Assembly: GCF_018350175.1 (NCBI RefSeq) | Contig: NC_058383.1 | Location: 25,174,001 to 25,238,000 of the forward strand | Length of the DNA: 64,000 nucleotides | Source of the DNA: Felis catus | Lineage: Eukaryota | Reading direction: 5' to 3' | Shown here: in pieces, positions 11,801 to 25,100 of the stretch | Layout of the letters: each line of letters begins with the position of its first letter | Numbering within the stretch: position 1 is the first letter of the stretch | Made by a program: the position numbers and the translations under genes | Notes under the pieces: model-generated | Databases searched by the model: none | What the model saw: the letters and a program-made list of their open reading frames with translations, nothing else | What the model was told of the DNA's origin: nothing

Positions 11801-14800
11801 GCAGACAGCTTGACCTTGAGGAATTGATCACATCGTCATTTCGTCCCATGAACCAAAAGTAGCCATCCTTGTCCTTGTGGGCTCGGTCCCCTGTGATGTA
11901 AAAGTCCCCTCGTTCTGATGCCTCTGTCTTCTCAGGATTGTCCTGGAAGACAAAAGAAGTCCATGAAGGGCCATCTCAGCACAGCCACTAAAGCCAGCTA
12001 TGGCCCTAGCAGCCCCATGCAGGAGACCAGGGACCCCTAACAGGAAGTCCACAAGTTCCCAAAGACCAAGCTGGCCAGAATTTCACACGGGACAAGGAGC
12101 TATGAAATGTGTGCATTTTCTCTCTTTTAGATGGAAGGAAGTGTCAGGAAATGATTAAGGACAGCCCCTCGCTACCATTTTTAGAAGGGTCCAAGGAAAC
12201 ATAGTTGGAACACAGGAAGGTGGCCACAGGGCCACTGGCTCTGGGTTTTGTTTTGTTTTGTTTTTGTTTTTTTGCATAAAAGAACACACTCTTTGTGCTC
12301 AGAAATCACTAAAGGTAGAAAGTGAGGGCTTGGCCACAAAGCAGGGGTAGAGGAAAGATGAAAAACTAAAAATCAAACTCTGATTCTTAAAGATTTAAAG
12401 AAGCTACTACCCAACAAGAAAAATAAACAAATTAATTACTGTTGTATGCAACTATCTGGATGCATGTCAAAAACATTATGCTCAGTGACAGAAACCAGAC
12501 ACACAAAAATGAGTACTCTGTGATTCCATTTATATAAAGTTCTTTAAAAAAAAAAAAAAAAGGCGAGGCACCTGGGTGGCTCAGTCAGTTAAGTGTCTGA
12601 CTTCTGCTCAGGTCATGATCTCATGATTCGTGGGTTCTGGCCCCGCATTGGGCTCTGCGCTGACAGCTCAGGGCCTGGAGCCTGCTTCTGATTCTGTGTC
12701 TCCCTTTCTCTCTGCCCCTCACCTGGTCTCACTCTGTCTCTCTCAAAAATAAATAAACATTAACAAAGAAAATTAAAAAAAAAATAGGCAAAATTTTTCT
12801 ATAGCAACAACAAATAATTTAGCAATTGCCTATGGCTTGGGGATTGACTGCAAAGGGGCACAAGGGAACTTTCTGGGGGGATAAAAATGTTCTGTATCTT
12901 GATTCTGGTGGTAGTTACCTAAGTGCATACATTTGTGAAAAGTCATTGACCTGTACACGTAACATAGGTTACATACATTTTATTGTATGTAAATTATGCC
13001 TCAATTTAAAAACTGCATTCTGAGAAAAAAGGAAAAAGCTAAGCTGTCAATACCTAAAAATAAATTTCATACAAAACCTGAAAGAAGTATACAGAGAAAA
13101 AACTCTTTAGAACATTTAAGAAGATACATTTAAATGGAAAGCTAGAAAGACTGAATTTCATAAATATGTTAATTCTCTCCCAAACTGATCTAGAGATGTA
13201 GTGACACTCATTAGAATACTAACAAACATTTTCCATGGAATTTGACAAGTTGATTCTACAATGTATATGAGAGAGTAGAGAGCTAAGAGTAGGTAAAACA
13301 TGTGTAAAGAAGCTGAGGAAGAAAGAGCTTTACTCTACTAAATATTAAAATTTGGGGGAATGTTTTCCTGGATAAGGCTCTATGGTATCAGCACCAGAAT
13401 AAAACACATGGCCAATTAAATAGAAGAATCTGCCAAAACTTAGCTATCTATGGATATATCAAACGTCTATTTCTGACCAAGCTGACATGACAGATCACTT
13501 TTCTTTGAGATTTAATTTTTTTCCTTAGGGACTCAAGAAGAAAACTAACAGTTGGTGCTGCAAAGAAAAAGTTAAAACAAGTAAAGATTCTTGTGCAGCA
13601 AGTAACTTTACAAATTACTTGACTCCCTCAATGGGCTGATCACAGACCCAGAAAGGTCCTGTATGTGAGCGCTGTGAGGACCAGGGTCATGTCTTCCCTG
13701 CCATTGCTGGATACTTAGCGGCATGAAGTAGCCACTCAATAAACAATGAATGTATAAATTATTCAGGAAAGTCAAGGATTTGCTATTGCTTACAAAAATG
13801 ATTAGAAGGAAATACATTAAAAATTTTAAATTATCTCTGATTGGTGTATTACTGTTTTATTGTTGGGAGGCTTTTTTGGTTTTTTTGTTTTGTTTTGTTT
13901 TGTTTTGGTTTATTCTGGTAGGTAAGCTTCTGTGACTTTAAATGAAATACCATGCCATGAAAGACTATTTCTCCTGTAGTCACAGAAGCCACTAAAACAC
14001 ATATACACCACTCTAAAAACAAATGGACTGATTTTTATGTGTTCCTCCCGGTGTAGCGGACTAGCAGCTTCGCATACAGCCAGATAGAGTTCCTACTAAA
14101 GCCGTGTTTCTTAACCTTGGCTGCACATCTGAATCACCAGAGGAGCTGATCCACATCCTCAGAAAGGTTGATCTCATTCAGTGGGGCTTGAGTATCAGTA
14201 GTGTTTTGAAGCTTCCAAGGTGTTTCTAATGTGCAGCCAGGGTTGAGAACCATGTCAATAGAGCTTTATAGAGGAGTCTCACAAAAAGAAAGCCCATCAT
14301 AAACACCAACAAAAGTGGGCACAAGAGAGAGGTAATTACTGGGTTATCACAGAAACGTAGACTAGAATTCTTGGGCACAAGCCCTGCCAGTAAGCCCCTC
14401 TTGCACACAAGACTCAAGACAAAAAGAATTCTGAAAATTAGGCTCTGACACAAATTGCAGTTTGACTTTTGTAAAGTCCCTTCCTTTCTCTGAACTGCAA
14501 TTTTTCATCATTGAAATGATGGGGTCTCCCCTGTGTTTTAAATTTACACTCTCAGACATACCCATGCTCACATCCATGTCCTGTACATACTAGGTGCTTG
14601 ACATTGGATAAGTCACTTTATCTTTCCAACTTCTTTATCAATAATAATACCAACTTACCTCATGCAGTTATCGCAAGGGTTAAACAAACAGGTGTTTATA
14701 AATCTTGGAACACAATGCTCGGCACACAGAAATCATTGTGAAAATGGCCATCCCCTGCCACTTACCAAATAGCAACTGAAGAAACAGAAGGGCCGGGCAG

Positions 14801-17207
14801 GCCTGACTCGGACAGCAACATTTCCCTCTTCTCCCGGAGACAGGATGTTGCCCTCATCATCCACAATCTGGCAGAGAGATCATAGGGCAGTGTCTGGATA
14901 TCTGCACAGCCAGGCCACCCCCCAGCTAAGCCTGCTGTCGCTAACCCAGAACATGCATTGTGTTCTCTTTGAACCAAGCTTCAGCAGCAGTTAGGGGAGG
15001 CTGCCTACCTGCACATCGTAAGGTGGGGACGCTTTCCCCATGGATCCAGATTTGATTTTCATGCCTTTTGAATTGGCACAGATTACAACCTGGAGAGAAA
15101 GTAGTACCAATAAGGAGGAAGCTTATCCCCTTTGCTTCCTTCCTGGTGCCCATCTTTTCTCCCACTTTGCCTTCTAACTCTCCTCCCCTCCCTCCTCTCC
15201 TCCCCCCTCTTCCTTTCTGTCTCTTCCTCATCCCTTCCTTCCTTCTCTTCTTTCCATAGTCACCACACATTTACTGAACGCTTACTGGGCACTCACACGT
15301 AAAGAACCAAATGTGTCGCTAAGCCGAAAGACTCAGTTGACCACCAAATCTCTGCTGCCCAGATGGCTGTGGGGAATAGTGTCTAAGATCATGAGTGCTG
15401 ACCGGAGACAGAGGTAGGCTGTCCTAGTGGACACAAACAGCACCCTTGGCCATGAGAGTTGGTTTGCTGGCTATGGTGTCATTGTGAAATCACTTCAAAT
15501 TATCTTTAAACCAAAAGGGAAGAAAAGCTGATGGGATTTTGTTATCAGCTTCTCCCAGTGGGCAGGGCAGTCCCTGACAGGTGTCTGGAAGGCAGGAGGC
15601 TCGGTGGGTTGGCCATCTCCCCCTACTGGCCAAGAGCCCAGGTGGAGGTGACCTGTGGCAGGGACCCAGGCCCCAGCAGCACTCACTGTTTCAGACTGGC
15701 CATAGCCTTCATGCAGCTCCAGGCCCACTTGGCTCTTCCATTTATCTCTCACGTCAGGATTCAGGGCCTCTCCTCCGGTCAGACAGTGCCTCAGGCTCTG
15801 AAACTGGTACCTTTCTCAGTTGGAAAATAAGGCCACCTATGTCAGGAATTCCCCATCCCCCACCTCACTCTCCAGTACTGCTGCTCAGGTCTAGACATCT
15901 AAAGGCACTGGAGGGTAAAAGGCAGGCTTTATAATCTGTTCCAACTACCCTATCCTCTGGCTTTGCAGGCATGTTCCTCAGGGGCAGGTAAGTTTTTAAA
16001 AACCAATCCTGTCTGATTCTGAAAAATCAGAACCTCATATAGTAGTTTTGGCATAACAGTCAATTGGCCAAAATAACTTCGTTGAAAACAAACAGACAGT
16101 AAATTGCTTAGGACAGCCACCTGGTTATAAATCGATTACAAATTTAAACAGTAGAAAGTAGCCCTCTAGGAATATGAAAATTGTCAAGAATGGGCCAAAA
16201 TTCCTACAGATATTAAATACATTGCAAATCTACCCTTCCATTTAACAAATTATGCAAAATGTGAACAACTGGTGGTTGCAAATACATTTTCAACCATTTT
16301 TCCCCCTTTGGATAAACTCGGTTTGCGTATTAATTAGTATTACCTAGTATCTTTCAACCAAATTGCTCTTGAAAAAAATCATTCAGAGTCTGCTTTCTGT
16401 TAAAACCATGATATAGAGGTATACACAACGGGTCAGTGAATGGGATGAATTCTTACATCAGGAAAGAATTCCCCAGGAGAGACATGCAAGAGCTCCCTTG
16501 GTGCTTCACGGACAGATACATGGGATGAGGGAAGATGTGGGGAGGGTGGGGACAACTCCCCACGACTTGGGAAAGAATAGAAGAGGCAGACACAGATCAG
16601 AGTCAGTAAGGACAACAGATGTGTCTCCACATACCCCAGCAACTAGACTTGTCCTGCTAGCAGATGTCGCTTTGGATTCACCCAGGATGGGAGCCATAGG
16701 CACACAGTGTCTTGTTGCCTTCCGTGGGATACCCAAGGCATTCACTCAGAGGGCGGCTGAATGGGCTTAATCTGGGGCTGAGGCATGGAACATCAATTGT
16801 GGTGGGCTTGCTAGTCCTTGGCCTTGGCCACAAATCCCATTCCACAGGTGGCTAACAGGTATCCAATAATTCCTCCAACCTCACAGAAGTAGCAGACATA
16901 TTGATGAGGGAATGGCCTATGGGTATACGATGGAGAGACAGCCCACCTCAAGTGCTAAAATTCCAGACTATCTTAAATCTATCCAATTCCATCTGGATGC
17001 AAATTCCTGGGTGGGGGGAGGGGCAAGAATTTCATTTATGTGGGGCATCTGCAAAGGATATAGATGCTTATGTGCTTAAGTATGTGTGCATGAGAGAAAC
17101 ACAGATATATATAATATTCTAGATATATATTCTCTATATAGAGAATCACAGATGTATGTGTGTATATTATATATACATATATATGTATACACATATATAT
17201 ACATATG

Positions 17208-17251
<44 letters not shown>

Positions 17252-20200
17252 GAGAGAGAGAGAAAGAGAGGGAGAGAGATAGGAGAGGGACAGAGATGAG
17301 ACAGAGACAGAGAGACAGAAACACAGACAGAGGTGGTATGACAGCATAGGTGTGCATGTGTACATATATTGTATGTATATGTACTGTACATTCACATACT
17401 TAGGTCCCCAAAGCACCTAACAGTTGGGCTGTACCTGGTCAGATCCTCCTGTACAAGCAACCGGAAGATGGTGGGGACACAGCAGAGGGTGGTGATCGGG
17501 AAACTGGAGAGAGTCTAAACAAAAACAATTAGAGGTATTGGGGTGGGCCTTTGTGCAGATGGAGCAGGTGAACTGGGTCTTCATATTCTCATTACCAGAG
17601 CAGAGAAGTTGAAAACTACACGAGGCATCCAGCCTCCAAGGTGGCTCCAGATGACTTCACTTCCTGGTATTTTACCAAAACCAAGTTTGGTCTGTGTGAC
17701 CAAGAGCATTCGGCACAGGTGACAGATGCCACTTTCGAGATTAGATTGTACAAATACTACAGCTTCTGTCTGGGGTACCATCCCTCTCTCCCCCTATCTT
17801 AAGTCACTTGCTCTGGGGAAAACAGGCCACCATGTCATGAGTATACTCGAGTGTATATAGTCAGAAACTGAAACCTTTGGCCAATAGCCAGTAAGAAACT
17901 GAAGTCCTCTAAAAACCACAAGTGGGTTTTTAAAGAGATTCTCTAGTCCCAGTCAAGCCTTAAGGTAATTGCAGTCCTGGAAGACATCTTTCTTTTATTA
18001 TGGTAAAATACACATCACATAAAATTTATCATTTTAACCATTTTTAAATGTACAGTCTAATGGCATTAAATACATTCACATTGTTGTACAACCATCACCA
18101 TCCATCTCCAGAACTTTAAAAATCTTCCCAAATTGAAACTCTGTACCCATTATAAAATATTGCCCCATTTCTCCTTTCCTCCAGCTCCTGACCATTTCAC
18201 TTTCTGTCTCCATGATTTTAACTACTCTAGATACATCATATAAGTGAACCATACAGTATTTGTCCTTTTGTGGCTGGCTTATTATTTCACTTAACATAAT
18301 GTCTTCAAGATCATCCATGATATAGCACGGGTTAGTCCTTTTTTTTAACATTTATTTATTTTTGAGAGACAGCATGAGCAGGGGAGGAGCAGAGAGATAG
18401 GGAGACACAGCACAGGGCCTAATGCAGGGTTCCAACTCAGGAACCATGAGATCATGACCTGAGCCGAAGCTGGAAGCTCAACCGATGGAGTTACCCAGGT
18501 GCCCTAAGTGTCATTCCTTCTTTTTAAAGACTGAATAATATTCCACTGTATGCATGTATCACATCTTGTTTATTCATTTATATACCAATGGGACTTGGTT
18601 GCTTCTACCTTTGGGCTATTAGGAATAATGCTGCTATGAACATGGATATACCTAGCTGACAGCTTGACTGCAACCTCATGAGAGGCCCTGATTGAGAACC
18701 ACCTATTAGACTGCTCCCAGACTCCTGACCACCAGAAACTGTGAGATACTAAATGTTGGTTTTAAGCTGCTAAGTTTAGGGGTAACTTACTACAATAGAT
18801 AACTAATATACTAGGTAGGGGCTAGAGGCAGTAGAGGGACAAGGTACACACTGGCTAATCAAGCCCTAAGTGAAAAATGATGATGGTGAGCTTGGTAATG
18901 GCAATAATAGTCAATATGTGTTAGCAGCCCACTCTGTGCCAGGCCCCATGCCTAGGATTGTTTCATTCTCCATAGGACTGTATTATCCCTTTCTTTCTTA
19001 CAGATGAAGAAACTGAGGTTCAATTTTCTCATCTCAAGGAAAGAAGTTAGGTACCTTTCCCAAGGACACACAGCTAGCAAATGGAAGATGTAGGATCAGA
19101 GGTCAGGTCTGAATGATGGCATGGTCTATGCTATCAGCCACCAGGTGACACAGCTTACCTCAATGCAAAGAGCATGCACCCGCAGACAGCCCCTCAGATG
19201 TTTTAAGGAATGGTGGTTAGGATGTAGAGGGCAGAAGGAAGGTGCCTTATGTCAATAATTATGGGGTCAATAATTATGACAAAACCCGGGGAAAATGGGC
19301 AGGAGTCATCAGGATACTCCGGCTGGGTGAAATATTCACACTAGGCACCATGGATAGTAGCACATGGAATTGAGGAGTAGAGTATGGCTTTCCCCAAGGT
19401 TTGGAAAAGTAAACTAGGGTTTTGACAGGAGCACAGGAAGAAATTGGTGGAGGGAGAGGCACCCAATGCAGAAAACATACAATATGAAAATGTTCAGAGA
19501 TATTCAATGGTCTTGTCCAGGAATCTAGTTATAGGACAGGCAATAACTGAAGGTAGCCAGGTGGGCAGGAGTCAGATATGGATGGTCCTGGGAGCCATTT
19601 TGTTTAATATCAGCACCAAAGAGGCCTTGTGGTCACTTATGACTTTTCTCCTGCAAATTCAAAACCTGTATTCCTTTTTTTAAAAAGCTTTATTTCTTTA
19701 AGTAATCTCAACCCCCAATGTGGTGCTTGAACTCACAACCCTGAGATCAAGAGCTGCATGCTCTACTGACTCAGCCAGCCAGACATCCCCAATGCCTATA
19801 CTCCACTCATTTCATTTACACCCAACACATAAGCCATATTCTTGTTTCTTACATTCAGAATAACCTTGGCATCAACTCGGGGCAGTTCATGCACAAAAAT
19901 GCAAGATCCATTAGGCCAGGCAGAGAAGAGGGTCCAGGCTGCCTTCACCCAGCCCGTGTCTGAGGTGTTCCAGAAGATGTCTGATTTGGTCAAGTCCACC
20001 CAATGCCTGCCAAAAATTAGAGAAAGTCAGAACCTCCAGCAGTGCTTCTTCTTTTAAAAAGGATTACAGTATCAATGTTACCTTATTTGGAGCCTTGACC
20101 AAGGTTCACTTATAACTCACTTGTAGTTATCAAATTGGTACAAGAACCCTAAAGCCACTCTTTCTCTCAACAAGCATTTATGGAGCATATTCTGTGTATT

Positions 20201-22110
20201 TATGCCATAGGCGAAGGATACAGAATTAAACAGACAGATCCCATGCTTTCAAGAGTTCACAATCTAGTGGGAGTGATCTGTAAAGGAACACATAAACTCA
20301 GTACAATGTGATGAGGAAACTTCTTGATTCAGCCAAAGTTTATTCAGCACTTATTCTACACTTGGCATTAGAGTGTAGCAAAGAATGATCAGTCTTGCTT
20401 TGAGGAGCCTACAGTTTAGTAAGTTTAAACATCTAGGAAGACCCTGAAGAGCAAGCTTTCAAAGAGTTAAACACAGAGCCATTTTACAATTATGCAATTA
20501 TGCAATTCTGGAGAATGGGCACCCAACCCAGAGACAGGATGGAGACGGATCTGAGAAATGGTTCCCCAGAGGAGGTGAGGGCTGAGTGAGATGTAAATGA
20601 TGTGCAGGAACTACACAGGGGAGGCAGAGAAGGAAGGACATCCAAGGAAAGGGAGGCGGTGCCTGTGAGCATAGAAAATACACAAGCGGTCATGTTCTGC
20701 ACTTGGATTCTAGGACACATGGTCTTCCTGGTCCTCAACCTTGGCTGCTCCTTCTTGGTCTCCTTCTCCTAGTTCTCCTTGCTTACCACTTCATTGCAGA
20801 AATGCCTCAGGCATTCAGTGCCCAGGCCTCTTCTCTTCCCAGTGTCTTTTACTCTTTGCTGATCTCATCCAATTTCACGGCATTAAGTACCACCTTGCTG
20901 ACAATTCCATCATGAATATTTCCCACTAACTCTACACATGTATCTCCAAATACCTCCCAATATCTCCTTTCTTAACTCAGGGTATGGAGATGTCTACTAA
21001 GCATCTCAAACTTAGGACGCTGAAAATGAACTCCTCGTGTTCCTCCCACCAAACAGCTCAACATAGTCTTCCCGCTGCCAGTTAACGCTTCTAATTGTTC
21101 AGGCCATAAAACGAGGCATCACCCCTGACTCTTCTTGCTGTCTCTCACTTCACATCAAACCTGTCAGCAAATCTTATTAGGCCTATGTTCAAACTACATT
21201 CAGAATCTTGCCTCCTCTTACTTCCCCTGCGGAAGCCTCCCTCCTACCTTTGCCTCTTAATGCACTAGCTTCTGAAGTGGGTCTCTGCTTCATCCTTTGC
21301 CCCCTACAGGTTATTCTCAACCCAAACTCCTGACAGATCCTTTAAAAAAGCAAATCAGGTCACATCACTCCTCTGCTCAAAATACTCCAATGTTCCTCAG
21401 AAAATTAAACATAGAATCACTGTATGATCCAGCAATTCCACTTCTGGATATATACACCCAAAAGAATTTGGGTTTGAATAGATGTTTATATACCCATGTT
21501 AATAGCACTAGTGATAACAGCCAAAAAGTGGAAGCAACCCAAGTGTCCATCCTTGGGTGACTGGATAAACAACACTGATATGTTACATACGTTGCAATAT
21601 TCATTAAAGAGCCTTAAAAAGAAAGGAAATTCTGACACATGCTACAACATGGATGAAACCCGAGGACATTTTGCTAAGTGAAATGAGTTAGACAAGAAGG
21701 GAAAAATACTGTATGATTCCACTTATAGGTGATTCCCAGAGTAGTCAAATTCATAGAGACAGAAAGTAGAATGGTGGGTGTCAGGGTTGAGGAGGGAGGA
21801 AAAGGGGAATTAATGTGTAAATGGGCATAGAGTTTCAGATTTACAAAATGGAAAAGTTCCAGAGATGGATGGTGGGGATGATTGTATAACAATGTGACCG
21901 TCCTTAATAACACTAATTCTACACTTAAAAAGGTTAAGATGGTAAATTTTATGTTATATATCTCTTACCACAATTAAAAACAAAAAATCTCCAATGGCTT
22001 CTCACCTTGCTCAAAGTAAAGCCCAGGCAAGGCCTTCTGATTCTACCTGAGTTCACACTTTGTTAGCTCTCTGACTTCATTCTTCTTTTTTTTTTTTTAA
22101 GTTTATTTAT

Positions 22111-22164
<54 letters not shown>

Positions 22165-25100
22165 TGAGCAGAGGAGAGGCAGAGAGAGAGAGAATCCCAA
22201 GCAGGTTCTACACTGTCAGCTCAGAACCCAATGCGGGACTCGATCTCACAAACTGTGGAGATCACGACCTGACCCGAAACCAAGAGTCAGACGCTCAACT
22301 GACTGAACCACCCAGGTGCCCCATGTTAGTTCTCTGACCTCACTCTTGCCACTATGCCTCTTACGTTTCTCTGGCTCATTCCCTACTTTCTGTTACTTGA
22401 CCTGCCAGATGAGCTGTCCCCTGGTACCTTCCACTGGCCACAAAACCCAGTCCATAGCTGGCCTGGGAGTGCTCAACCATCTTGGGGGCCCCAGTAGTGC
22501 CACTTGTGAAGTAGATGGCCAGTGGGTCTTGACTCTTGGTCCTCACACAGTTGTGCTCTGTGGATGCCTCGCTGTAAAATATAAAAATCCTAGGTGGTAT
22601 TACAAGTAGTAAAAATAGTCATAATAACAATAATATTTACAACAACAATACTGGCTACCATCTTATTAAATACTACCTGTGAGGCACTGTGCTGGAAGCT
22701 CCAGTTGGCATTGTCTCTGAGCCCTACAATCACCTCAGGGGGTAGGTACTATCATTATAACCCTTTGCAAATAAGGAAATTGAGGCTCAAAACTGGTGAA
22801 GCAACTCACTCAAAAGAGCCTGTGCTCCTCCACCTGGGCATGAGGACTCTCTGGTGGATAAGCACGTTTCTGTGTCTATGCCTCTGCACATTTAAGGCAC
22901 AGCTTTGCCCTCACCCCAATTCCAGGTGATTTAGGGCTGAAGGATTCCCTAAATTTGTGGGTTTCAGATCTGGGTAACTCCTAAAGTTCTGTGATCTGGC
23001 AAATCTTCTCACCCACTGGTTCTCAATCCTGGCTGGACCACAGGGGCATCTGGTGAGTTGTTAAAAGAAATCCCATTGCCCAGGCTCTACCCTAGAGAAA
23101 AACAGAAGCTTTGATGGTGGGCCTGGGGCACTAGGATTTTTTTTTTTTTTTTGTATATTTTGGTTTTTTTAAAAGCTCCTCAGGTAATTCTAATGACAGC
23201 CCAAATTGAGAATTCCTGGTCTAGGCCAACCCGACAGCTCATCAATATCATCTGGGCAGATCTCTTACAATACAGATTCCCAGGGCCTTTGCTCAGGTAC
23301 ATCTGGTTAAGTAAGTCAGATGTGGGAATCTGAATTTAAAACAGTACCCAAAGATAAATGGCCAAATAAATAAGTAAAACAAAATAAACAGAATTTTCCA
23401 TAATTTTTAGTAGAAAGTTTGCATTCTAATATAGGCAAGAACAATCTAAAGATTATTTACCATGTCCTCAAACTTCTAAATATATCTTTTTTACTTTACT
23501 ACCTACACGTGCTGAGTATTTTCTGTTCAAGTTTCTGCTGATAATCATTGCAATGAAATATAACATAATAATATATTATAAAAAGTGTCACATATTGGAA
23601 ATATAATATTTTGGAAAATACAAGATAAATTACTTGCAATGCATGCTTGTGGGTCTTATAATCCTAGAAATCTGTAACACATTTAAGTGAATGTGGCACA
23701 TAGTTCTTTTTCAAATAAAGCTACTGATAAGAGACAAATGTTGATATTAGTAAGAAAAGTAAAATAAAGTGAAACAACACCCAGGTGAATGGGTGGTAGT
23801 TGGTCTGTGGAATGTGCATGTGTGACTTCATGGTACAGGCCTCTGACAGGGCCCCTTTTTGTTTCTGCCTCTGATCAGGACAAAATCTCAAATGCCAAGG
23901 TAGGCTCCCACCAGGGCGTTGCTCAAAGGCAGATGGCTTTTGGTTCTGTCCCAACCATCATGTAACTACTTGTTAGCATCTTGCATAAGTCACTTTACTT
24001 TTCCAGTGTCAGTTTCCTTACCTGTAAAATTGGGTTAAAGGGTACTTCATAGGGTTTTTTCCCAAGTATTAAATAAGAGCACCAAACACAATGCTTACAC
24101 AAAATAGATGTTCATTACATCTTTGGTGCATGAACGAATGTAGGTAAATGCTTACCGAGCACAATGCCTAGCATACACCAAGCACTCAATGCATGGCAGC
24201 TATTATTATATTACTAATTGACCACCCACTATGTCCTAAGTGCATCATATGGGTTATCTAGTTTACTCTGGCTACCAGTTCTGTAACCACTAGCACCATG
24301 ACAGAAGCAAAAGACACCCAGAAAAGCTAATGACAATTCTAGTACTGAAAAGTGAGTGACTTTGAAGGATCTTAAGGCGGTCACTGGGATTAGGTCTCAG
24401 GTCCACGTGATCTCCACAGTTGAGTGCTCCTTTCTGGTTCACTCTCTTCGTGTACAATCAGCAATACACTCCATCCCCTATTACTTAAAGGGGGAAAACC
24501 TTGGCCTCATCTTTATGCTGTTCTCTGGAAAACCCCAACTTACCGGAGGAGTTCCCTGAAGTTCATCCAGCCTGGCCGACTGCTGTCTGACACCAGTAGC
24601 TTGGTCTGAAGGGAGGGGCAGTCAGCACTAATGGCGTCGACCCGCGGAGCCAGGGAGTCACTGGTGATAATGGACTTGGCCCTGGATGCCTGCAGCCTGT
24701 ATTTGAGGTCCTTCTCCGTCAGCTGAGAGACACCCGGAATCATGACAGCCCCTGGCACCACACAGAGAGGGGATGTTGACTGGGCAGCAGGGGAAGAGCC
24801 CTGTGAAGAAGTCCAGACCCTGATAGTCCCATCAGAGAAAGGAACAAGAAGGGACTGGGCAGGGTTGGAATGCCTGAACTGGAAAAGGTAACAATAATGA
24901 CAATAATGGAATCCAGAATATGTTTATGGAGCACTTATACGTGCTAAGAATTTACATGCATTATTTCATTTAATTCTCACAACCCTGATGAGTAGGTGCT
25001 ATTTTTATACCCATTTTGCAGATTCAAACAACAACAACAAAAACACTAAGACTTAGACCCTTATGCCTTAATTAAATGAAATAACTTGCCCAAGATCACA

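Noticed and set aside
17036..17416. Several overlapping Y/I/R/E-rich ORFs
   Set aside because: Translations of dinucleotide microsatellites
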